Part shown: piece after piece, positions 56,431 through 64,000 of the stretch
How the letters are laid out: each line of letters opens with the position of its first letter
Position numbering within the stretch: the first letter of the stretch is position 1
DNA from: a bacterium
GTDB lineage: Bacteria; Oederibacteriota; Muellerivitia; Muellerivitales; Muellerivitaceae
Assembly (NCBI GenBank): GCA_035549195.1
Contig: DASZRK010000055.1
Coordinates: 7,231-71,230 of the forward strand
DNA length: 64,000 nt
Direction of reading: 5' to 3'
The notes under the pieces: model-generated
The model's database searches: none
Told to the model about the DNA's origin: nothing
What the model saw: the letters and a program-made list of their open reading frames with translations, nothing else
Translations under genes and position numbers: made by a program

Positions 56431-57690
56431 TTGAACGCTGAGATCGTCGCCATCGGGACCGAACTCCTTTTGGGCCAGAACACGGACACCAATTCGGGCT
56501 GGATCGCCCGGGAATTGGCCTTGATGGGCATCGATGTCTTCGGGTTCCAAGCGGTCGGGGACAATGAAAAGCGCCTGGAGGCGGCCCTCAAGCTGGCCTG
56601 TGAGAGGGGCCCCATCGTGATCGCGACCGGCGGGCTCGGCCCCACGGTGGATGACGTGACCCGCAAGGTCGCCGCCCGGTTGGCGGGCAAGCAACTGGTC
56701 TTCCATGACCATCTGGCCAAGGCCATCGAGGAACGTTTCGCCCGGTTCCGCCCCGGAAAGCCTTTTCCCAAAGCGAACCTGAACCAGGCTTTCCTGCCCC
56801 AGGGGGCCACGGTCATCCCCAATGCCAACGGCACGGCGCCGGGGTTCATCGTGAAGGTCGGGAAGGCCCATTTGGCCTGCCTGCCGGGTGTGCCTTTCGA
56901 GATGAAGGCCATGTTCGAGGAGACCTTGAAACCCTTCCTCAAGGGGCTGGGGCCCACGGGGTCCATCATCAAATCCCGGGTTTTCCGCACCACGGGGATC
57001 GACGAATCGGCCTTGAACGAGAAGATCAGGGACCTCTTCGAGGGTTCGACCAATCCCACCATCGGGGTCTTGGCCCATTGGGAAGGGGTGGATATTCGCC
57101 TGACGGCCAAGGAGGAGAATGAGGCCAAGGCCGATCTTCTGATCGAGGCGCTGGGAAAGAACCTGACCACCCGCTTGCCCAATTTCATCTATGGCTGGGA
57201 CAAGGATGACCTGGAGACCATCGTGGGGCGGATGTTGACCACCCGGAACATGACCTTGGCCACGGCCGAATCCTGCAGCGGCGGCTTGATTTCCCATCGG
57301 ATCACCCAGGTCCCGGGAAGCTCCACCTATTTCCTGCGCGGTTACGTGGTCTATAGCAACCGGGCCAAGGAGCAGGCCCTGGGGGTGAGCGCTTCTTTGA
57401 TCGAGAAAAAGGGGGCCGTGAGCCGGGAAGTGGCGGAAGCCCTGGCGTTGGGCGCCCGGAAAGCCGCGGGAAGCGACCTAGCCCTTTCCACGACAGGTAT
57501 CGCCGGTCCCGGGGGAGGGAGCGCTGAAAAACCGGTCGGCTTGGTCCACATCGCCTTGGCCGATGACCAAGGTGCCCAATCCTTCGAGTTCCGGTTCACA
57601 GGGGACCGGAGTATCGTCAAGAAGCGCACCAGCCAGGCGGCCTTGGAGATCCTGCGCCGTTATTGCCTGGGGCTTCCTTACCGGGATTGA
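56431..57690 (+). CDS. cinA: Competence/damage-inducible protein A (molybdopterin-binding domain plus NMN deamidase)
   Basis: Motifs IGTELLLG...DTN, GGLGPT.DD.T, GTAPG, LPGVP.EM, AESCSGG, YSN..K, TTGIAGPGGG...KPVG. Confidence 0.93.
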   Translation: MNAEIVAIGTELLLGQNTDTNSGWIARELALMGIDVFGFQAVGDNEKRLEAALKLACERGPIVIATGGLGPTVDDVTRKVAARLAGKQLVFHDHLAKAIEERFARFRPGKPFPKANLNQAFLPQGATVIPNANGTAPGFIVKVGKAHLACLPGVPFEMKAMFEETLKPFLKGLGPTGSIIKSRVFRTTGIDESALNEKIRDLFEGSTNPTIGVLAHWEGVDIRLTAKEENEAKADLLIEALGKNLTTRLPNFIYGWDKDDLETIVGRMLTTRNMTLATAESCSGGLISHRITQVPGSSTYFLRGYVVYSNRAKEQALGVSASLIEKKGAVSREVAEALALGARKAAGSDLALSTTGIAGPGGGSAEKPVGLVHIALADDQGAQSFEFRFTGDRSIVKKRTSQAALEILRRYCLGLPYRD

Positions 57691-58286
57691 CCTTGGGGTC
57701 TCCCCGGCTTTTCGTGGCGGTCCCCGTAACGGGGGGAGTCCTGATCCCCTTGACGGCCCTTTTGGAGGGCGCGCCACCGACCCCGGCGGTCAAATGGACC
57801 CGAACGGATCAACTGCACCTGACCCTTTTTTTCCTGGGTCCCACCCCCGAAGAAAAGATCCCCGGGTTGATCCGTTCCCTGTCGGAACTGTCGGCCCGGT
57901 ACCGTCCCTTCCGACTATCCATCGAGGGATGGGGTGCCTTCCCGGACAAGCGATCGCCGAAAGTCCTCTTCGCCGACGTCGGCGGGAGTGCGGGGGTCCT
58001 GGAAGCCCTGGCGTCGGATGTCCAGCGGTCCATCGGGACCGAGCAGGCTTCGGGCGAAAAACCGGCCGCTTTCAAGGCTCACGTGACCTTGGGACGGATC
58101 CGGGAAAGAAAAGAGGCCGGGCCCGCCCTTCGTTACCTGGAAAGGGAAAAGGACCGCCTGATAGGGACCTTTCCCATGGACGGATTGGTCCTCTTCGAGA
58201 GCGTCTTGGAGCCGGGCGGCGCCCGCTACATCAAGAGGGCTTCTTTTTCGTTCCCTGGGATGGATAGTTCGCAGGGGGTTGTTTAA
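57687..58286 (+). CDS. thpR: RNA 2',3'-cyclic phosphodiesterase (2H family)
   Basis: Motifs RLFVAV, HLTLFFLG, HVTLGR, LFES.L. TTGA overlap with cinA. Confidence 0.9.
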   Translation: MTLGSPRLFVAVPVTGGVLIPLTALLEGAPPTPAVKWTRTDQLHLTLFFLGPTPEEKIPGLIRSLSELSARYRPFRLSIEGWGAFPDKRSPKVLFADVGGSAGVLEALASDVQRSIGTEQASGEKPAAFKAHVTLGRIRERKEAGPALRYLEREKDRLIGTFPMDGLVLFESVLEPGGARYIKRASFSFPGMDSSQGVV

Positions 58287-58314
58287 AATCCCGTCAAAAT
58301 CACCAAGGAAACCC

Positions 58315-58829
58315 ATGGCCCACGACCACGCCCATCATCCGCACGACCATTCCCACGACCAAGGTGAAGGACCGGAACTGACCGAAAAGGAGATGGAGGA
58401 ACGTCTTCAGGCCTACCAGGAGGCCCAACAGAGGTATTTGGAAGGGACCTTCCATTGCTCATCGAGTTCGTAGGCAGCTATTTTCCACAGGACCGTCTGG
58501 TGGTCCGGGACATGGACCTGGAGGTCCATTTCGTCCATGAGGTCTCCGAGGGAGGGAAACCCGTGGGGGCCTTGGTCTATCGCCTGCGGAAGTTCCAGGA
58601 CAAGGGCGAGTATTTCCGGGAAATGGCCAAGGATTACCAGGAGGGCTTGGGGATCCCGGAGGTGCTTTTCGTGGACACGGAAAGCGCCAAGTTCGAGGCG
58701 CCCGCCTCGCTGGAGATCCAGGAAGCCTATTGGGAGATCCCGCAGGATAAGTTGACGGGAAAGATCCGCGAGATGCGCGAGATCCTGGTCGCAAAGTCGA
58801 AACTGAAGAGTTTGCGCAACAGCGTTTGA
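58315..58829 (+). pseudogene. His-rich hypothetical gene, either frameshifted near 58443 or two overlapping ORFs (58315-58473 and 58455-58829)
   Basis: The first frame gives MAHDHAHHPHDHSHD...QRYLE and then degrades to a stop at 58473. The -1 frame continues (R)DLPLLIEFVGSYF... to 58829. Confidence 0.5.
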
Positions 58830-58846
58830 ATCTTAAGGAGCGTGGA

Positions 58847-59326
58847 ATGAAAAAGTCCGTTCTTTTTTTGGGATTGATCGTTGCGATGGGACTGTCGAGT
58901 TGGGCCGAAGCCGGGGAGTCCCCCATCCTGGGCGGCGGTAACTTTGGATTGGGGCTGGAGGTCGGGGACCCCGGGGTCTGGGGACCGGTGGGGATGATCT
59001 GGATCGACCGGGAGAATTCGTTCCAGCCGGCCCTGAAGCTGGGGAATGGGACCGCCCTCCTGCAACTGGATTACCTTTGGCACGATTACTCGCTCATCAA
59101 GCCATCCAAGGGGATGCTGCCGTTCTACCTGGGGGTGGGCGGGGACGTGAATTTCCAGAACACGGTCACCCTCGGGGCCCGGGGCCTGGTGGGCATCGAC
59201 TACCTGTTCAACCAGGAGAACGTTCCGGTGGACATCTATGTGCAGGTGGTCCCCGAGCTTTGGTTCAATAGCGGCGCGACCGCCTTCTACGTTTACGGCA
59301 ACCTCGGCTCCCGGTACTACTTCTGA
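58847..59326 (+). CDS. Small outer-membrane beta-barrel-like protein
   Basis: AAGGAG SD; signal peptide; amphipathic strands (FGLGLEVG, FYLGVGG, GARGLVGIDYLF); C-terminal RYYF. Confidence 0.75.
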   Translation: MKKSVLFLGLIVAMGLSSWAEAGESPILGGGNFGLGLEVGDPGVWGPVGMIWIDRENSFQPALKLGNGTALLQLDYLWHDYSLIKPSKGMLPFYLGVGGDVNFQNTVTLGARGLVGIDYLFNQENVPVDIYVQVVPELWFNSGATAFYVYGNLGSRYYF

Positions 59327-60474
59327 TGCCCCGAAGGGCGTCGCGCCCCGGCTCCGGGGCCCTCATGATCTATGCCGCCAGTGAGCACGACTCGAACCTC
59401 TATTACGCGGTGAAGTTCTCGGTGCCCGACCCGTTCCCTTATTTCCGTATCGGGAACAAGGACATCATCCTCATGAGCGACCTGGAGCTGGGCCGGGCCC
59501 AAAAACAGGCCCAGGTGGACGAGGTCCTGTCCTACTCGGAGGCCCAGATGGCGGCCAAAGGCCAGGGGATCGAACGCCCGGGCGTCGCCGACGTTTCGGC
59601 CCACTTCCTCAAGTCCCGGGGGGTGCGGAAGGTCACGGTGCCGGACAACTTCAACCTGGGACTGGCCGACGCCCTGCGGCAAAGGGGCATCCAGGTCGTC
59701 CCGAAGGCCGACCCCTTCTTCGAACAGAGGGTCCTCAAGAGCGAGGAGGAAGTGCGGATGATCACCCGCTCCCTGCGCCACACGGAGGCCGCCATCCACA
59801 AGCTCGAGGACCTTTTGCGGCGCTCCCGGATCGTGGGCAAACGCTTGTCCTACCGGGGGACCTTGGTCACTTCCGAACTGCTCAAGAAGGTCCTGAACGT
59901 CTCCATGATGGAGAACAACTGCATCGGCAGTCACACCATCGTGGCCAGTGGAAACCAGGGCTGCGACCCGCACCAGGAAGGGACGGGACCGGTCTGGGCC
60001 CACCAATCCCTGATCGTGGACGTGTTCCCGAGGTCCGCTGACACCTTTTATTACGCCGATATCACCCGGACCTTCGTGAAGGGGAAGGCCTCCCCGCAAT
60101 TGAAACGCCAATACGAGGCGGTCCGCCACGCCCAGGAATTGGGGATCAAGAAGGTGGCCCCGGGCGTGAATGGGCGGGAGGTCCACCAGGCGATCCAGAA
60201 GGATATGGAATCGCGGGGTTACCGGACGGAAAAGCGCAAGGGGACCATGGTGGGTTTCTTCCATGGGACCGGCCATGGCCTGGGGTTGGACGTGCATGAA
60301 CCACCGCGGGTCAATGCGAGCGACCACGTGCTCAGACCGGGGGAAGTGGTGACGGTGGAACCGGGTCTCTATTATCCCGGAGTGGGAGCGGTCCGCATCG
60401 AGGACCTTTTGGTGGTCACGCCCAAAGGGCACCGGAACTTGACGGTCTATCCCAAGAAGCTGGAGATCCCCTAA
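59326..60474 (+). CDS. Xaa-Pro aminopeptidase (M24B)
   Basis: Motifs PH, VDVFP, YYADITRT, HGTGHGLGLDVHE, VTVEPGLY, RIED. Confidence 0.92.
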   Translation: MPRRASRPGSGALMIYAASEHDSNLYYAVKFSVPDPFPYFRIGNKDIILMSDLELGRAQKQAQVDEVLSYSEAQMAAKGQGIERPGVADVSAHFLKSRGVRKVTVPDNFNLGLADALRQRGIQVVPKADPFFEQRVLKSEEEVRMITRSLRHTEAAIHKLEDLLRRSRIVGKRLSYRGTLVTSELLKKVLNVSMMENNCIGSHTIVASGNQGCDPHQEGTGPVWAHQSLIVDVFPRSADTFYYADITRTFVKGKASPQLKRQYEAVRHAQELGIKKVAPGVNGREVHQAIQKDMESRGYRTEKRKGTMVGFFHGTGHGLGLDVHEPPRVNASDHVLRPGEVVTVEPGLYYPGVGAVRIEDLLVVTPKGHRNLTVYPKKLEIP

Positions 60475-60695
60475 GGGGTCTGCAGGGTCGGGGTGACCGA
60501 GATCCCCAGGCCCTTCAAGGCGGTCTTGGCCGCCTCTTCGTCGTTCCCGCCGCTGAAGATGAGATAGGACAGGACGATCAGGGCCCCGCCCCAAAGGATC
60601 ATCTGTACGTTCTGGATCTTTTTTCCCCGGTACATGAAATATCCCCCCAGGATCCCCATCAGTGTGCTGACAATGAGTTTCAAGGATTCGAGCAT
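60471..60695 (-). CDS. Small membrane hypothetical protein
   Basis: 74 aa with two hydrophobic segments; directly follows the PBP gene. Confidence 0.65.
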   Translation of the reverse strand: MLESLKLIVSTLMGILGGYFMYRGKKIQNVQMILWGGALIVLSYLIFSGGNDEEAAKTALKGLGISVTPTLQTP

Positions 60696-60699
60696 CGGG

Positions 60700-62526
60700 T
60701 CACCTTGGGGGGGTGTTGGAGTTCAGGTCCATGAACTCCTGGATGCCATCGAAGACTTTTTTGGCGATGGGGGCCGCCACATCCTTGCCGGTCCCCCCAT
60801 TCTCCGCAACGATGGCCAGGGCGATCTTGGGGTTCTCGATGGGCGCGAAACAGATGAACCAGGCGTGAAAGTTCGGGTCGCGGCTCCCGGAGGTCCCGGT
60901 CTTGCCGGCGATCTTGAGCCCCTTGACCCGGGCCTTGACCCCGATGCCCCGCTCCACATCGTTGACCATCATGGTGGTCAGGAACTGTGCCGTAGGCCGG
61001 CTGATGGTGTTCTTGTAGATCACCGGCTTATGCTGCTCGAGGATCTTCCCGTCGATGTTGGTGAGCTTTTCGGTCAGGTAAGGGGACATCAGGACCCCAT
61101 CGTTGGCGATGGCCGACACGATCATGGCCGCGTTCAGGGGCGTGATGCGGAAGGCGGGGCCCAGCCCGGTGGCGGTCTCGGCCAACTCGTAGCGGGTCAG
61201 GCCCAATTTGGGGCAGGTGCTGGCCACCACGGGAAGCTCCAAGGTCTTGGGGACGGAGTTGAACCCGAAGCGGTTGTTGAATTCCAAAAGGGTGTCCTCG
61301 CCCAGGGCGAGCCCTAAACGGGCATAGCCGATGTTACAGGAGGTATCGAAGGCCTCCTCTAGGGAGCGGATCTCCTTATGCTTTTGCCAATCCATGAAAT
61401 CCTTTCCGTCGATGACCATCCGGCCACGGCAGTAGAAGGGGAAGACATTGGAAAGGTTGATGTCCTTTTCCACGGCCGCGGCCGAACTGATGATCTTGAT
61501 GATCGAGCCGGGTTCATAGAGGCTCTCGAAGGCCCGGTTCTTGAGGGGATTGTTCTTGTTGGAGATATAGGTCCACCATTGGCTGTGGACCTTCTCGGGG
61601 GTGAAGGTCGGCTGGGAGATGCAGCCCAGGATCTCCCCGGTCCGGGGATCCAGGGCCACAATGGAGCCCTTTTGCCAGCCCATGGCCCGGGAGAGGACCC
61701 GTTGGATGCGGCTGTCGATGGTGAGATAAAGCTTGTTCCCGGGGAAATAGGACTGATAGACCTTCTCAAGGCCCATGGAACCGCGGTTATCGGCGGCCTG
61801 TTGGTCCAGGTAGCCGATCAATTGGGCGAATTCCGGGCCCATGGGATAGCCCCGTTCCCCGTTCTTCGTCCATTGCAGGGCCAAGGGCACCCCATTGCGG
61901 TCGAATATATAGTAGATGGAGCCCCGGTCACGCTCCTCCCGGGATTTTTCCAGCAAGGATTGGTATTCCTTGTTCTTGGGCTCGTAATTGACCGCGGTCT
62001 CGAAATATTTCACCGCCTTGCCGACCTGCCCCAGGGCCCGATCCACCGTCCCGAGCGCCACATAGATCTCGGGGTTGGAGGGCTGTAGCTCGAGGGCGTG
62101 TTGGAGCTCCAATTCGGCCACGTTGTACTTGCCCTCGTCGATGAAGGATTGCCCCGTCTTGGTGTGGTTGAACTTCTTGCTGTAGGTGAGTCCCATCCGC
62201 ATGGCTTGGTCGTAGAGTTCCTTGGCCTTTTCCAGGTTCCCGGCCTTCATTTCCACCAGGCCCAGGCCATCCACCGCCTTGGCATCCCCGGGAGTGCGGC
62301 TCAGGACCTTGTTGAACTCCATACGGGAGAGCTCCAGGTTGCCGTTATGCCAGTATTTCAACCCTTTGAGGTAGTTGACCTGGTTCATCAAGCTGGTCTT
62401 GGAGGCCAGAAGGACGATGAATAGGGCCAAGAAGAGGATGGTGGTCCGGAAAGAGGGAAGCTTGGTGCGCCGGTGGCGTGACAGAGGGATGGGGTTGTAC
62501 TTTTTGAAGGGATCGATCACAGGCAT
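60700..62526 (-). CDS. TPR-repeat and penicillin-binding transpeptidase fusion protein
   Basis: N-terminal TM; TPR-like helices (A..GLG.V, A..ELQ.ALELQP.N.E.Y..LG); transpeptidase motifs EPGSIIK, SCN, GKTGT. Confidence 0.85.
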   Translation of the reverse strand: MPVIDPFKKYNPIPLSRHRRTKLPSFRTTILFLALFIVLLASKTSLMNQVNYLKGLKYWHNGNLELSRMEFNKVLSRTPGDAKAVDGLGLVEMKAGNLEKAKELYDQAMRMGLTYSKKFNHTKTGQSFIDEGKYNVAELELQHALELQPSNPEIYVALGTVDRALGQVGKAVKYFETAVNYEPKNKEYQSLLEKSREERDRGSIYYIFDRNGVPLALQWTKNGERGYPMGPEFAQLIGYLDQQAADNRGSMGLEKVYQSYFPGNKLYLTIDSRIQRVLSRAMGWQKGSIVALDPRTGEILGCISQPTFTPEKVHSQWWTYISNKNNPLKNRAFESLYEPGSIIKIISSAAAVEKDINLSNVFPFYCRGRMVIDGKDFMDWQKHKEIRSLEEAFDTSCNIGYARLGLALGEDTLLEFNNRFGFNSVPKTLELPVVASTCPKLGLTRYELAETATGLGPAFRITPLNAAMIVSAIANDGVLMSPYLTEKLTNIDGKILEQHKPVIYKNTISRPTAQFLTTMMVNDVERGIGVKARVKGLKIAGKTGTSGSRDPNFHAWFICFAPIENPKIALAIVAENGGTGKDVAAPIAKKVFDGIQEFMDLNSNTPPR

Positions 62527-62676
62527 TCCAGCGGGCTCCTTTGGGAAAACCTCTGCATTTTAAGGGGTGGACCCCTGGAATAAAGGGGTAAAAATACTTT
62601 TTGGGCGGTATCTGGGAAGATTGCGCGGCTCCGCAAAGGGGTCTATAAAGAAGGACCACGAAAAGGAGCGCTCCCC

Positions 62677-63909
62677 ATGCAGGTCTTCATCATTGCGAAC
62701 CTCGTCCTGAGCATGGCCTTGTTGGTCCTGTTCTTTTTGGGGCGCAAAGGCGGCTCGGATCCCCAGGGGCGGGAACTCGAGAAGGGTTTGGGATCCCTGG
62801 CCCGGGACCTGGAACGCTTGGAGAAGGTCTTGAAAGATGAGATGGCGCGCGGCCGGGAGGAAACGGGGAACCGTGAAAGGGCCGCCCGGGACGAGATGGG
62901 CCAGCAGTTCCAGAACATCGTCCGGGTCAACGAAGAGAAGCTCGAGTCCATCCGCCTGACCTTGGAGAGGCTGCTGAACGGACTCCAGGAGGAGAATGCC
63001 AAGAAGCTGGACGAGATGCGGATGGTGGTGGACGAGAAACTGCAGTCCACCCTGGAAAAACGGCTGACCGAGTCCTTCCGCCAGGTCAGCGACCGGTTGG
63101 AGCGGGTCCATCAGGGCCTGGGCGAGATGCAGAGCCTGGCTTCCAGCGTGGGGGACCTGAAGGCCGTCCTGACCAACGTCAAAACCCGCGGGACCTGGGG
63201 TGAGGTGCAGTTGGAGGCGTTGCTTTCCCAGGTGCTTTCCCCGGCCCAATATGCCAAGAATGTGCAGACCAAGAAGGACAGCGGGGACCGGGTCGAGTTC
63301 GCCATTCGGTTGCCGGGCCGTGGGGAGCAGGATGATGAGGTCCTGTTGCCGATCGATGCCAAATTCCCCGTGGAGGACCATCAGCGCCTGATGGCCGCCC
63401 TGGAGAAGGGGGACGGGGCCCAGGCGGAGGAAATGGCCAAGAACCTCGTGAATCGGCTCAAGAGCGAGGCCCGGGCCATCAAGGAAAAATACCTGGATCC
63501 TCCCGCGACCACCGATTTCGGGATCCTTTTCCTTCCGACAGAAGGGCTTTATGCGGAGGTCCTGCGTCAACCCGGTCTGGTCGAAGAACTCCAAAGGGAC
63601 CATCGGATCGTGGTGACCGGGCCCACCACCCTGACCGCCATCCTGAACAGCCTCCAGCTCGGTTTCCGGACCCTGGCCATCGAGAAAAGGACGAGCGAGG
63701 TTTGGGCCCTCCTGGGGACCGTGAAGAAGGAATTCGGCCTTTTCGCCGGTATCCTGGAAAAGACCCAAAAAAAGCTCCAGGAAGCCAGTCATACCATCGA
63801 GGATGCCGCCAAAAAGACCCGGACCATCGAAAGGAAGCTCAAGGGGGTGGAAGGAATCCAGGGCAATGGGTCAGAAGCTTTGGAAGAGGAGCCGGCCCAG
63901 GGTAATTGA
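62677..63909 (+). CDS. rmuC: DNA recombination protein RmuC
   Basis: Motifs N.KTRG.WGEVQL, LPIDAKFP, YL.PP.TTDF..LFLP.EGLYAE, GPTTL.A.L.SLQ.GF.TLAI.KR. Confidence 0.95.
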   Translation: MQVFIIANLVLSMALLVLFFLGRKGGSDPQGRELEKGLGSLARDLERLEKVLKDEMARGREETGNRERAARDEMGQQFQNIVRVNEEKLESIRLTLERLLNGLQEENAKKLDEMRMVVDEKLQSTLEKRLTESFRQVSDRLERVHQGLGEMQSLASSVGDLKAVLTNVKTRGTWGEVQLEALLSQVLSPAQYAKNVQTKKDSGDRVEFAIRLPGRGEQDDEVLLPIDAKFPVEDHQRLMAALEKGDGAQAEEMAKNLVNRLKSEARAIKEKYLDPPATTDFGILFLPTEGLYAEVLRQPGLVEELQRDHRIVVTGPTTLTAILNSLQLGFRTLAIEKRTSEVWALLGTVKKEFGLFAGILEKTQKKLQEASHTIEDAAKKTRTIERKLKGVEGIQGNGSEALEEEPAQGN

Positions 63910-64000
63910 ACTATTTTGAGAATGTTTCGGATGTTGTAAGAAAACCTACGGTTATTGTTAGAAATTCGAGGAATGAGCTGTTTTTGACCTCTTCTTTTTA

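Noticed and set aside
62588-62602. AAAATACTTTTT upstream of rmuC, and AAAATAC upstream of the YdjM-like gene, as copies of the recA palindrome
   Set aside because: These are half-site-like only, with mismatches and no mirror arm, so chance AT-rich matches are likely.

Overview
A GC-rich bacterial chromosomal segment of about 60 genes. I found no rRNA, tRNA, CRISPR array, transposase or integrase. In order along the window: (1) 0-7 kb, a carbohydrate de-acetylation cluster: a sialate O-acetylesterase-like enzyme, two tandem polysaccharide deacetylases and a CE7 acetyl esterase, plus a ROK/polyphosphate glucokinase. (2) 10-27 kb, a large phosphate/polyphosphate island: PHP phosphoesterase, phoB-phoR, an unknown paralog pair, msrB, a tandem thymidylate-kinase-like pair behind ppx/gppA, a PAP2 phosphatase, a putative porin, pstSCAB-phoU and DUF47-pit, with a recurring (T/G)TAACAT 11-bp-period Pho-box-like motif. 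(3) pbpC with alpha-2-macroglobulin, cspA, a bshB1-like gene, and recA with a perfect 24-bp palindrome beside its promoter and an uncalled 42-aa downstream ORF. (4) AsmA-family, MFS, metallophosphoesterase, CorA-family and mazG genes, a membrane-anchored double Mrr-like protein, and a protein that is about 50% acidic. (5) A fabG-fabF-GNAT-bioF-bioD-bioA operon with no bioC/bioH/bioW/bioB in the window. (6) rimO-pgsA-pgpA-cinA-thpR, a frameshifted or split His-rich gene, an outer-membrane protein, an M24 peptidase, a TPR-transpeptidase fusion and rmuC. Two families of short intergenic palindromic elements recur. Best candidates for undescribed biology: the TMK-like pair with ppx, the FAS-linked biotin operon, the recA palindrome and small ORF, the circularly permuted CIA30/CBM11-like insert, and the TM-anchored tandem Mrr-like protein. 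All family assignments come from motif recognition by eye; no database search was run.
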